From the NCBI GenBank assembly GCA_043228905.1, contig JBHGNT010000008.1, positions 14,694,001 to 14,758,000 on the forward strand: DNA of 64,000 nucleotides. Direction: 5' to 3'. This document shows positions 23,937 to 36,310 of this stretch, piece after piece. This stretch comes from Azolla caroliniana. Its lineage: Eukaryota > Plantae > Polypodiophyta. The notes beneath the pieces were generated by a model. It worked only from the letters and a program-made list of their open reading frames with translations, made no database searches and had not been told where the DNA came from. Made by a program: the position numbers and the translations under genes. The number at the start of each line of letters is the position of its first letter. Position 1 is the first letter of the stretch.

Positions 23937-25922
23937 TTAACGGTTGAACAAGCGGGAGCCAATGTAATTTTCTAAGTCTACCCCTACATATTTTCCTGGT
24001 AGAGGATTTAGTTTCGGTCCCGTGGTGCGTGTGTTGGGTGCGCCTTGCGGGACTGGGGGCCGGGGATGAAGAGTAGGTCGTTTGACTGGGGGCCGGGGGT
24101 AAGGTGTGGGTCGTGGAATTGGGGGTCGAGGGACTGAGGGTTGAAGGATTGGGGGTCGAGGAATTGAGGGTCGAGGATAGGACCGTGTGGTGGGTTTGAT
24201 GGTCTCGAAGTGAGACATTGATTGTTTCATAGGTGGGGGTAGGGAGGTAGGTGATGGTACATTCATCGGGACAAATATAGGGTACGTGGGGGGTATGGGA
24301 TGTGTGGGTGGTACGGGATAAGCATAGCTTTGTCCATAACTTGGGATAAAGGACTGGGTCCTTAAGAAGGAGATGGGGTCAGTGGGGGATGAATTTGATG
24401 CTTTGTGTGTCCTTGTGCCCCCGTTTTTTGTCAGGGGCATAGCCGTGTTTTTTGGATGTGTGTTGGGGTTTTCCTTATTAATTTTCTCTAGGAACGGTTT
24501 AAGGTAATTGTCTACTTGATTCTTGATCTTTTTTAGCCCATCATCTATTAGAGTATTTATTGTTTTTTCTTTGCCCATCGTCATGGATTTCGAGATGATG
24601 GCGTCCTGGGCTGATTTATTAGCCACTTTAGTTTTAGCTTCTAAGGAAATCTGTATGCTAAATTCTAAGGTGGCTTGCTCTAGGTGGCTATTAAATTTAG
24701 CAAAAGTTTCATTTTTCCAATGTTGGAGTTTTTCCTCCCATTGGTGTGATGTGACAAGGTTGTGCAATGGGATATCCAAGAGCATTGATACAATGTCTTG
24801 GAGTCTTTGCTCAACCGTGGTGGGGAACTTGTTGATAGTTTCAGTAAAACTAATAGCTAGGGTTTTTTGGGCCTCTATTAACGCTAAGGTGCAATTTTTT
24901 CTATATTCTGCAGTGAGATCGTTTAGTTTTTTATGGAGGATATTTTGTGTGTTTTCATTATTTATCATTACCCAAGGAGGGTTAATGCGCAAGGAGTTAG
25001 GGATGAAGTTCTCCTTGAGATCGGTTTCATATTTATGGAGTACATCTTGGGCTCTATGGCGTTTAGACAAGAGTTCTTTATATTCTAATACGGAGCCTTG
25101 GCAAATGGTGTCAAAGTGGATGGGAATAGGTAAGTTTTCTAAAGAGTTTTGTGCCTCGAGGGGCGGGTTTGAGTTTTCTATGCTAGTTTTTCCCTTTTCT
25201 TGTGTGTTTGGGGTTGTTATTTTCCTTTTACCTTTGTCTTGTGGACGCGGGTTTGTGTGGGTGTGGTGGTCGCTAGAGGACACATGGGCGTGTTCAAAAA
25301 GAGATTTTGTTATTGTAGGCATGCAAAGGGGATCTCCACCACCCCATTCTAGGGGAGGTGAGCTAAATGTATCAAACAACTTCTGAAAGAAGATGACCTT
25401 CTTTGCGGGTGAGAGTTTGGTGATGAATTCTTTATAACCTTCCATTTTAAGGTCTTCTAAGTTTTCTATGAGTGAACTAAAGGGAGATTTGGGGGAGGGG
25501 GAGGGAATGCTTTGCGTGCTACTAGGGCTAGTTGGGGCTAAATCTAGTTGTAGCATCCTAGATGGCGGGGGGATTTTTTTAGGTGGGGATTTGGGGTTGT
25601 TAAGACACACATTATATATATGTTGGATTTCATGTGGGACTTCGTTATTTGTAAATTGACAAGAAAGAGGGTGGGGTGAGGGAGCTTCCCTGTTTACAAC
25701 GGTCGTTTGAGTGTTGGCGACGACGTGCTTGAGATTGATCGTCATTGGTGGAGAATCCGGCACAAAGTCGATGGTGGTTGTGGGTGGATCCGTGGGTATG
25801 TCGGCGATGGTGGTTGAGGGTGGATCTGTGGGTGCGTCGGCGTTGGGTGTACGACGTTGAATGGATCGTGTTTTGGGTCCTCTTGTTGAGACGTTTGTGG
25901 CCATGTATCTGTATTGGAACAA
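23937..25922 (-). CDS. PLE ORF1 (Pro/Thr repeats, central helical region, Pro-rich tail)
   Basis: Uninterrupted 661-codon ORF directly upstream of RT; first ATG at MATNV. Confidence 0.8.
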   Translation of the reverse strand: MFQYRYMATNVSTRGPKTRSIQRRTPNADAPTDPPSTTIADIPTDPPTTTIDFVPDSPPMTINLKHVVANTQTTVVNREAPSPHPLSCQFTNNEVPHEIQHIYNVCLNNPKSPPKKIPPPSRMLQLDLAPTSPSSTQSIPSPSPKSPFSSLIENLEDLKMEGYKEFITKLSPAKKVIFFQKLFDTFSSPPLEWGGGDPLCMPTITKSLFEHAHVSSSDHHTHTNPRPQDKGKRKITTPNTQEKGKTSIENSNPPLEAQNSLENLPIPIHFDTICQGSVLEYKELLSKRHRAQDVLHKYETDLKENFIPNSLRINPPWVMINNENTQNILHKKLNDLTAEYRKNCTLALIEAQKTLAISFTETINKFPTTVEQRLQDIVSMLLDIPLHNLVTSHQWEEKLQHWKNETFAKFNSHLEQATLEFSIQISLEAKTKVANKSAQDAIISKSMTMGKEKTINTLIDDGLKKIKNQVDNYLKPFLEKINKENPNTHPKNTAMPLTKNGGTRTHKASNSSPTDPISFLRTQSFIPSYGQSYAYPVPPTHPIPPTYPIFVPMNVPSPTSLPPPMKQSMSHFETIKPTTRSYPRPSIPRPPILQPSVPRPPIPRPTPYPRPPVKRPTLHPRPPVPQGAPNTRTTGPKLNPLPGKYVGVDLENYIGSRLFNR

Positions 25923-26017
25923 AAGAGGAGAGAGAGGAGAGAAGGGGAGAAAAAGAGTGAAAGATATGAGAGAGGGAGATATGGTAGTGTGGGGTAGGAT
26001 GGAGCGTATGTTTAGAA

Positions 26018-26042
26018 GGTTAGGGTTTAGGGTTTAGGGTTT
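26018..26042 (+). repeat. Plant telomeric repeat tract (TTTAGGG) x ~3
   Basis: GGTTAGGGTTTAGGGTTTAGGGTTT; C-rich on the PLE sense strand. Confidence 0.8.
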
Positions 26043-26273
26043 TGTAATAGTTGCTAGTTTTTGTAGGGGTAAAGTTATTAGTATGGAGAATTGAAAGAGT
26101 AAGAGAAGTAGAGGGAAGAAAACCAAGTTTATGGGGGTGTACGACTACTAGGAGGTATAGAATATATGATGTAATAAAAATAGAAATTTATGTTGGTATA
26201 TGACTACTAGGGATATAGTATATACGATATGAAGTGATGAGTGGCAAGCACTAGGGGTATAATATATCAACGC

Positions 26274-26598
26274 TTTTTTAAGATTGCTTAAAGTGTGTGG
26301 CACTTCATCGGGGGTTGTTTGGGGTGGACTCAAGTTTAGATCTTATTTGTATGTCTAAACATAAGTAGTGATATAGTTTTAGAAGAATAGAAAAGTGAGG
26401 GCGTGGGTGGGGGTTAGGGGAGTGTAGCTTATTGAAGTTATCAAAAGTATTTAAACCTAATCAAAGCTTTTAGAACATATTAAAGATCATTGGGATAACT
26501 TAAGTTATTAGACACCAATAAAGTACTATTAAAACACCAATATAGAGTATTATTAAAACGGGACCACACGCTTAGATGAACGGGAGTTGTTTAAACAC
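26274..26598 (-). repeat. PLE pseudo-LTR, upstream copy
   Basis: Direct repeat of 21029-21353. Confidence 0.92.
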
Positions 26599-28404
26599 TC
26601 CTCATCAAATTGGTATCAGAGCGAACAATACGGGAAATGGAAGAATCATTCGGCGGCATGTTCAAGCTCATCGGCTCCAACTACTCAGTGTGGAAGTCGA
26701 AGATGAGGGAAATGCTGGTAGTCAAAGATCCTTGGTTGTCGGTTCAGTTCGGGGACACGAGACCGGATAAGATCGACGCCACAGTGTGGGAGGTGATGCT
26801 CATGAAGATGACGGCATATATCTGGTGCTTCATCAACATGAGTCTGTACAACAACTTCAATGAAGATAGCAAGGCTCATGAACTCTAGGAGAAGATCAGC
26901 ATCATGTTCCAGAACAAGAATGCCGTTAATCGGGTTTCGGTATTCCGGAAGCTAGTGAGGCTTCGGTACCAGGACAACTCCAGTATGGCGGAGCACATGA
27001 ATGCCTTCCAGGGGCTGATACATCAAGCAACCTCTCACCGATGAGGTACTAGCATTGCTCCTGCTCGGTTCCCTCCTGGATAGCTGCGAGACGTTAGTTG
27101 TCACGTTGCGCAATGCCGGGCCGAAAGGAAAATAGTTGTCCTTAGCAAGGGTTAAATCAAGCTTGCTAGATGAAGAAGCTCACTGGAAGGACCGGGAGTC
27201 CGGAACCGATCCAAAGGCCTTGGTCACGGAAGATGACCACAACCGGGGAAAAGGCCGGTATCAGAGTCCCCAAAACCGGGACAAGTCAGGGACGAGGTTG
27301 AAGTCAAGGGGGAGGCCTACTTGCTTCTACTGTGGGAAGCTGGGGCACTTCCAAAAGAACTGTTGGCATTTCTGGAAAGAGAAAGAAACCGGCACCACCG
27401 ATTTCGAAGAAGAGTTCGGACCGAAACGGTTCGGACCGGAGAGGCCTAGATCGGAAGGGAACGTCGGCGATCGCGACAAGTGAAGAAGAACTAATGCTCA
27501 TTACCGAAGAGAATGAGTTAAACCTTGCCAGTGATGAGACAACATGGGTTGTCGATACCGGAGCATCTCTCCACCTGACTCAGGAGCGGAAATGCTTCTC
27601 ATCCTACACAGCCATTAATCATGGTTGTGTCCGGATGGGGAATGAAGGGACATGCCGAATTATCAGCATAGGAGATGTGTTGTTGACAACATCAACCGGA
27701 TGCAAATTGCTTCTGAAGGATGTCTGACATGTTCCGGAGGTTCGACTGAACATGATATCAGCCGGTCGGCTAGATGATGAAAGCTACACGGGTAGCATCC
27801 GGAACGGTATTATGAAATTCAATAAGGGAAGCTTGATATTGGCTTGAGCCCGAAAGATCAACACACTATACTTGATGAATGCCCGAATATGCCGGGAAGA
27901 AGTGAACGTAGCATCCGACACTGCCGGTGAGCTGTGGCACAAAAGACTGTGTCACATGATTGAGAAGGGGATGAAGAGGCTGGCCGAAGACAACCTTATT
28001 CCAGTGAAGGACATGCAACTTGAGAAGTGTACCAATTGCTTGCCCGGCAAGCAAAACCGAACCTCCTTCCGGTCAAGAACACTGATGAGAGGGAATGCAC
28101 CACTGGAGCTGGTGCATACCGATGTGTGTCAAGTGGACACTAAGTCACATGTTGGATCGCAATACTTCGTGACGTTCATAGATGACCACAACCGGAAGTT
28201 ATGGATCTCACCATTGAAGACGAAGGATCAGGTGCTATCTGTCTTCAAGGAGCTCCACGCAAGAGTGGAAAGAGAAATCGGTCGGATGTTGAAGGCGGTT
28301 CGAGAAGATAATGGAGGAGAATACCGGGGGTAGTTTGAGGAGTACTGTCGGTCAAAGGGAATCTGGCTCGAGTTTACTATGCCGAAGACACCAGAACTAA
28401 ACGG

Positions 28405-31400
28405 TGTCGTGAAGAAAACCGGCCATAGGCGGAATCGGAGAAAAAGGCGCATGAACCAGCTCTTACGTGGGTGGACGCGAGAGTTGATATTTTGTGCATA
28501 ATTCATAATTAGTTCGGCTGATGTAAATACTAGGTAGTACACATTTATTAGGGGATTTGTGCGTATCTTTGTCGAAAGGGATAGGGAATAAAGTGATTTG
28601 GCTAGGGAAGGAGGGTCTCCCCTTGGCAAACTACTTGAGGAGGGAGAGAAGGAAGAAAGGGGATCGCGCGCTGGCGAGGACGAAGTGCTGCTACAGAACC
28701 GAGGGCCGAGCTCTCTCTCCTCGGATCGTCATTCTCTGTGGGTGTCTGGAGTTCACTGCCTCTGCTTCGTGGACATCTCGTGTGCTTCTAGCAGAGGCTC
28801 TCCGCCCCCTTTTTGTTTCTTTGAGTCGAGTGATGTCATCTGTGTGTGTGAGTAGGACCCCGTGTCAGGTCCATTACCGGTTTGCCGGTTGTAATTGTTC
28901 GAGTTGTAAGCTACTGATTATAGTAATTGTATTCCTATTTCTTGCTCTTATTTCTTTCTGTGTACCTGCAACTCTCTCTCTCACACACACTCTCTCCTTG
29001 GTCCAAGACCCCCGTGGTCCCGCCTCTTCCTACACGCGAACGCGAAACTTCGCGACATAATTGGTGAACCCGACGTGAACATGCGGCAAAGGAGTCGGAA
29101 GATGAGGGGATCGGAGCAAGCAGAGGCAATGGCGGTAGCCGTTGTCCGGCTGGTTAGCTCTCGCGAGGGGACGGGTACCCTCGACAGAGCCATTGAATTG
29201 ATCGTCGGCAGCATAGGCCGATTCGGTGGGAAGAATCCCACAAGTTATTTGGAGGCTTACCGGGCCGAAATGATCATGAGGGATATCCCGATGGACAGGC
29301 GGCTGTCCGGATTCCCTCGAGTGGTGACACCGAGTATCCACACGGAGGTGCTCGAGGTGCTGGCCAGATGGCAGACTTGGGAGGAGTTTGAGCTGCAGCT
29401 CCCGGAGAAGTACGGGTTTGATGACTCGCTTCGGCTGTCGAGGTGGGACTTCATGTCGTGGGTGGAAAGCCCCGAAAAAGGGAGAAACGATTCGCGCGGC
29501 TGTCGACGCTGGACCGGACCGTGCTCGAAACGAGTCGAGTACTACTATTTGTCAAGTCGGTGGACGCGCTTGACAGGGAAAAGGTGGGTCCGCTATTGGA
29601 GACTGACGAAGGGCTCACGACAGACTGGGCCGTGGTAAAAGGGGTCTACAGCCGTTTCGACAAACGGCACGAGTGGAGCGACGAAAGCTCGTTGGAGTCA
29701 GGACTGGTCCCGGCGAGGAGGCTCGAGGAGCCGGTATCGGTGCCAGCCGGAAGGAAGGAAGAGACCCGAATTTGGCTGGAGTCGGGGTCAGCATCGAACG
29801 ACGTGGTCAAAGGCCCATCCGGAGGAGTTGACACAGATGGTGCGCGACCTGCAGATCGCACAGGCCCGGAGAGACATCGGCGAACAACCTCGCGACCGGA
29901 GGCCGCCGGCTGGGCAGCGGTGCATGTGGTGTGACGCGATTGGTCACATTCGGAAGGATTGCGCGGATTTTGCCGACGCACTCAGGACCAACGTGGTGTA
30001 CCTCTGGAACGGGCGGGTGCACGCGAGCGAGACGTGGTGAGCCCTAGAATTGAATACGGGGCGCGGCGGAATGAAGAGGTTGATGGAAGAGGCCGCGGCA
30101 TGTAGAAGCCGTTAACTACTTAGTGTCCGCAGGAATTCGGGTCGGGGGTGATGAGACCCGGAAGGCGAAGGACTCTGGATTCTGGCTGCTAGTGCTAGAA
30201 GGCCTCTCTAGAGTTCGGCTAAAGAAGGAAGAGGCGGACCGCGCGGAACTGCGGGTCCAGGAGGTCACCGGTTGGGACGATTCAGTCGAAGAGAAAACGG
30301 GCTTCATAGAAGCCGCTTGCCAGAACTACAAGGTTCTGGTGGAAGACAAACGGGCAGGAAAGACCGGAGGGGTCGGTCCCCCGCATAGGTACGAGACCCG
30401 GTTCGGACCGAAACTGACCGGTGCCGGCAACCTAGGCGCGCCGGATGGGAAGAAGCAGGCGGGGTTTCAGTTGAGCACCGAAATCGAGAGAGCAACGGAC
30501 CTACGGAAGGTCCTTGAAGAGCGGATCCTCGACAGTAAAGTGGAACTATCGTTGCGGGAGGTGCTGGGAATCGTCAAGAGGGAGTTCTAGGACTCCATCG
30601 TAGACTTGGTGAAGCGGAAGAGGCTCTCGACGGAGCCGGAACCGAAGAAGCCGGTGGAGGTGCAGACTACACACTTAGAAGAAACGGCCCTAGAAGACGA
30701 GTTGGCGGAAAGTCACTACACGAAGGCACATTGGGCCAGGGCAACTACAAAAACCCCTGTGCGGATCGGCGACGTTCCGGAACTGGTGGTGGCCTTTGTA
30801 CACCATGGATCCGAAATCAACCTGATGTCCATGGATTTTTACAAGAAGGGTAAATGGCCGATCAACACCAAGCATGGGTGGAAGATACGCGCGGCGACGT
30901 GTGCTAAGATCGGTGACGTCGAGATAGATCAACATTTCTTCGTGTAGGAAACATCCTCGCACCCGGTGATTCTCCGCGAACCGTACATCATGGCAGCACG
31001 CATGGAGACGAAGGTGCTGGACAATGGTTCGGCGTACGCGCGCGTCAAGAGCTAAGACGATCGGCATTCCGTCCAATTCATCACCGTACGTCTGAACCAT
31101 GAGAGGAATCGCGAGACCCTCGGCAGTGACATCCGAGGGGATTTTTAGAGAGGGCTATGAAGGCATGGGGCCGCGGTAGTCCAGACGTACCGGAAGAACC
31201 TCACACATGTACAGTAGGTAGAAAGTTTTGGTTCTCCGAAAACGGAGGTTGTACTAGAGCCGGCGTTAACGGCCGGGAGAGGAAGCGAGTGGAGGAGTGG
31301 CTCAGGGGATGTGGAGTCCTCTCCCCTGACGAAGAAATCAGCGACGTCGTGGAGGCGGTCTCTCTTGACGACACCTTGGGCGAGTTGCGAAAGGTGATCG

Positions 31401-34400
31401 GTGAAGACCTTAGAGAAGACCGGACCGTTCAGGTTAGTTCGATGGGAATGTACGAAGTCATCGCGGACATTGGGGAAAGGATCGGGTCGGATCGGACGGC
31501 CCGCGTGGATACAAAGTACAAGACTGTGGACCGGAAGGTGAGGCCAGTCGCGGCACCCTTGTCGGAGGGCAGCGAGGAGCGGCTAAAAGGGGTCGCGTTG
31601 GACCCAAGTTTACGGAATCCGGCTGTCATAGGGCACCGGTTCACCGACATAACACTACGGGAGCTCAAGGTTGGTGGGGGTGGCTTTCTACTGCCGGCGG
31701 AGGAGGATAGGTTTCGGAGAATGCTTGAAAGGCATGGGAAAGCCTTCGCATTCTCGCTGGAGGAGATCGGGTGCGTGGACCCGACGATTGTCGAACCGAT
31801 GGTGATCTTCACAGTACCACATGTACCGTGGAATCTCAAACCGATTTCGGTGCCGAGAGCTCATATCCTGAAGTTGATGGAGCTTCTGAAGCAAAAGGTG
31901 GAGATGGGCATCCTCGAACTGTCGAGTGCCCCATATTTGAGTTGGTGGTTTACGGTGCCGAAGAAGAACCACACGCTGCGCTTCATTCAGGACCTGCAAC
32001 CGGTCAACAGGGTGACCATCCGTAATGCTGGAATCGGACCGACCATAGACGAGTTTGCGGAGGCCTTCACTTGAAGATCGATCTATTCAGTCTGTGACTT
32101 ATACTCGGGGTACGACCAGTTCTAGCTAGCCGTGGAGAGCAGGGATATCACCACGATGCGAACTCCTCTCGGCCTAGTATGGATGTGTACCCTACCACAA
32201 GGTGGGACGAATTCGGTGTCGCATATGGTGAACACAATGAACAAGGTGCTGAGGGACTGCATCCCGGACATCACCATGCTATTCTTGGACGACATCCTGA
32301 TAAAGGTTTCCGGTGGAAGATGCGAACGAGACTGTCGGGCCAGACGGATGCCGGAGGTTCGTCGTGAACCACATTAATGACTGCGAGAAGGTGCTACAGA
32401 GGCTCGAGAGCGCACGACGAACCTTCTCCGGAGAAAAATCGGCGTTCGGGCAGTCGGAGATCCTGGTGGTCCCACACCTGTGCGGGCCTTACGATAGGAA
32501 ACCGTCTCCGGAAAAGGTAGAGGCCATCTCCTCAATGAGGAATGATTGCGGGTTGGTTACGGAGGTCCGCAGATTCTTGGGTGCATGCGCGTTCTACCAC
32601 ATCTGGATCCCGCACTACACACATGTCGCGGAACCCCTCTACGGACTATTGAAAGGGGGGCGTAGCTTTGAGTGGAGGATGGAGCACACGGAGTCGGGCT
32701 GGAGACTAAAGGAGGCGCTTACGGTAGCGCCAGCTCTCCGTAACACGGTTTACGGCAAGGGAGTCCCCATCTACATGAGGTGGACACGAGCCCGACCAGG
32801 ATCGGGTGGGTGATCAACCAGGAGGACGAGGACGGCGCACGGTTCCCGATCCGGTTCGGGGCGAAGGTATTGAGCGAGCGGCAACGAAGATACGCCCAAG
32901 TCAAGTGCGAACTATGGGGTATCGTTTCAGCAGTCAAAGCCGACAGGGACTACCTAATCGGGACGGAGGTAATAATCGAGACGGATTGCCTGCCGATACT
33001 CGGCATGGTTTCCGGATGCGCGACGCCGGACCTAGCAATGCTCCAGTGAATAGCGTACATTAAGTCCCTGAACCCGAAGATACGGCACATCTCCGGAAAG
33101 GATAATGCGAAAGGATAACGCCATGGCCGACATGCTTTCGAGAGCGAGGTTCAACGACGAAGACGGCATGGTTTCGGATGACGAAGAAGTCGGCAAGGAC
33201 TTCTTCGGGTCAGCTAACGTGACGACGAGGAAAGGGGACACTCCGGCGCTTAACGAATTCGACGAAAGCAGGTACGACGGGGAGTGGCTCCAAATTGGGA
33301 GGTTCCTACGGGCGATGATGCTAGACGCAACGTGGACGAGAGAAGAGGCAAGCTGGGTACGAAAGAAGGCGTACCGATTCATCCTACGGGACGAGTGCAT
33401 ATAGAGGCACCCAAAGAAAAGAAACGGCATCTTGCTCCGAGTAGAGGCAAAGAAAGAAGAAAAGGAGGAATTACTGGCGGCATTTCACGAGAGTCCTTGG
33501 GCCGGGCACTGTGGAGCGTGGGCCACATTCGAGAAGCTGAAGGAGAAGTACTGGTGACCGGGGCTGTACCGGGATGTGCATCGGTTCGTAACGACTTGCG
33601 AAAGCTGTCAGATGCACTCCGTAGTCCGACATCGGGATGAGCTACACCTGACCTACCCGCCTACGGTGCATTTCAAGTGGATGGTGGACTTGGTGACGAT
33701 GCCGATGGGAGTAGGGCAGATGCGATACCTGGTGCTTGCGCGGGAAGACTTAACAAACCAGGTGGAAGGCTATGCACTGCAGAACAAGACAACCACGGTG
33801 GTATGCTGGTTCCTGATCGAAGAGGTAGTGTGTCGATACGGGTGCGTCAGGAGGATCGTGGCGGACCGGAGAGAGCTAGAAGTGTAGGAAGCTGAGGAGT
33901 TGTTCAACCGGCTAGGGGTCAAACTCTCCCTCACTACGGCGTACAATCCGGAGGTGAACAGGAAGGTAGAACGTGGGCACAAGCCGATCGTAAAGGCGTT
34001 GGTGCGTGCATGCGGAGGGCAGGTCGGGAATTGGCCGCGGCTCCTTCCTTACGCACTATAGGCGGACCGAACTACGCACAGTTCAGTGACAAGCTTTATG
34101 CTGGCAGAGCTGATGTTTGGACAAAAGCCGATTATGCTGGTGGAACGGACAGTTTCTTCGTGGGCGGCGGTAGATTGGAAGGACGAGATGAGCCGGGAGT
34201 TGTTGCTGGCGGCGCGGATTCGGCAACTCGAGCGGAGGCCAGAGGACATGAAACGGGCGAAGGCTACGGGCGGCAAGGGAGCGGAACATGACCCAGTTCA
34301 ACCGGACGCACCGGTTGTGACCAAAGAAGGTCGAGGAAGGCGACTGGGTCTTGGTATACGACAGCAACCTCGACAATCAGCACAAGACGGTGCGAAAGTT

Positions 34401-35340
34401 CGCTAGGAGATGGTTCGGGTCCTACACGGTGACGAGCGCGAACGACAACGACACGTACAACCTCGCGGAACTCGACAGGACACGATTAGTGGTACTGGTG
34501 GCCGGGAAGCGGATCAAAGCGTTCAAGAAGCGGTTCGAAGACGAGCCGGAGCCGGCGAGCAAGAGCGACGACGACGATCGGTTTGGGCCCGGTGAAGAAT
34601 CAGAGAGCGACAAGTGAAGCCGGTTTCCTTCAGTATCTACCCATCTCTGGTGCATGCTGGTGGATGCGTGGTTTGGTGGGGGTGGATGTCGTGAAGAAAA
34701 CCGGCCATAGGCGGAATCAGAGAAAAAGGCGCATGAACCGGCTCTTACGTGGGTGGACGCGAGAATTGATATTTTGTGCATAATTCATAATTAGGTCGAC
34801 TGATGTAAATACTAGGTAGTACACATTTATTAGGGGATTTCTGCGTATCGTTGTCGAAAGGGACAGGGAATAAAGCGATTTGGCTAGGGAAGGAGGGTCT
34901 CCCCTTGGCAAACTACTTAAGGAGCGAGAGAAGGAAGAAAGGGGATCGCGCGTTGGCGAGGACGAAGTGCTGCTACAGAACCGAGGGCCGAGCTCTCTCT
35001 CCTCGGATCTTCGTTCTCTGTGGGTGTCGAGAGTTCGCTACCTCTGCTTCGTGGACAGCCCGTGTGCTTCTAGCAGAGGCTCTCCCCCCCCTTTTTGTTT
35101 CTTCGAGTCGAGTGGCTGTCGTCTGTGTGCATGAGTAGGACCCCGTGTCAGGTCCATTACCGGTTTGCCGGTTGTAACTATTCGAGTTGTAAGCCACTGA
35201 TTATAGTAATCGGATTCCTGTTTCTTGCTCTTATTTCTTTCTGTGTATTTGCAACTCTCTCTCTCTCACACACTCTCTCCTTGGTCCAAGACCCCTGTGG
35301 TCCCGCCTCTTCCTACACGCGAACGCAAAACTTCACGACA
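28405..35340 (+). mobile_element. Full-length degenerate Ty3/Gypsy element, tRNA-Trp primed, 4-bp TSD
   Basis: LTRs 28405-29057 and 34687-35340 (TGTCGTGAAG...CTTCACGACA). PBS TGGTGAACCCGACGTGA at 29062-29078. gag CMWCDAIGHIRKDC, PR HGSEINLM, RT LPQG/FLDD, RH ETDC, IN AREDL. TSD ACGG. Confidence 0.95.
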
Positions 35341-36310
35341 ACGGGATGGACGAAAGGATGAACCGGACCATAATGGAGAGAGTCCGGAGCATGTTGTCAC
35401 ATGCAAAGTTACCCAAGACGTTTTGGGTTGAGGCGTTGATGACGGCGACCTATGTGATAAATAGATCACCCTCAGCACCCTTGGAAGGAAACTTGACCGG
35501 TAAAGATGTATCTTACCGACATCTATAGGTGTTTGGGTCTCTCGCAGATGTGCATGTTGCAAAGGACAAGAGAGCAAAGCTGGATCCGAAGTCTAGGACA
35601 TGCATATTCCTTGGATACGACGATGATGAATTCGGTTACCGGGTGTGGGATCTGGTCGACAAGAAGGTGTTCCGGAGTCGGGACATAGTCTTCATGGAAG
35701 ACATGACCATTACCGACTGGGAGTCGAAGAAGGTGATGAACTCCGGATCATTCATTGAAAACCGGCTTGAGAACACAAGGACTTATCGGGTTGAAAACCG
35801 GACACTAGCCGGTAACCGGATGACATTTGACAAACCGGCCGGATATGGACAAGAAATCGAACTGACCAAAGAAGAAGAAGAAGAAGAAGAAGAAGACACT
35901 GGAACCAGACAAGATCCTGAATCGGATGAGGATGAGGAACAATCGAAGGAACCGACAGTCTGAAACGAGGGACGGAGATATCCTCTCCGAGAGAGAAGAG
36001 CCCCTCGGAGATTTCCGGATGCAGAGCATGTGTTGCTAACCGATGAGGGGGAGCTGGAAAGCTTCGAAGAAGCAAAGAGAAACACCCACAACTGCAAGTG
36101 GTTGAGTGCCTTCTAGGATGAATTGGATTCCTTGCATGAGAACCACACGTATGAACTGATGGAGTTGTCGAAAAGAAAGAGGACACTCCGGAACAAGTGG
36201 GTGTACAAGCTGAAACCGGGAGATGCCGGAAATCCCCCAAGGTATAAGGCCCGAATTGTGGTGAAGGGCTTCCAGTAGAAGAAAGGAGTGGACTTCGATG
36301 AGATCTTTGC

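Larger units (their letters stand above)
21029..26598 (-). mobile_element. Endonuclease-deficient Penelope-like element (Athena/Coprina-type organisation)
   Basis: 325-bp direct repeats without TG..CA; ORF1 plus PLE-class RT lacking GIY-YIG; hammerhead motif; telomeric repeats; no TSD. Confidence 0.9.
20525..36310 (+). mobile_element. Degenerate Copia copy C, host to the Penelope-like element and a Gypsy element
   Basis: LTR starts TGTTGGGAAATTG at 20525 and ends ...CCTCATCA at 26607. PBS at 26611. gag-PR-IN at 26637-28404 continues at 35345-36310 and ends in RT (DFDEIF). Confidence 0.9.

Noticed and set aside
24523-25386. 287-aa plus-strand ORF and many similar short ORFs
   Set aside because: These are antisense shadows of TE coding frames with no recognisable motifs.
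21029-26598. Direct repeats read as true LTRs or a DIRS element
   Set aside because: No TG..CA, PBS, PPT, integrase or tyrosine recombinase; the RT motifs are Penelope-type.
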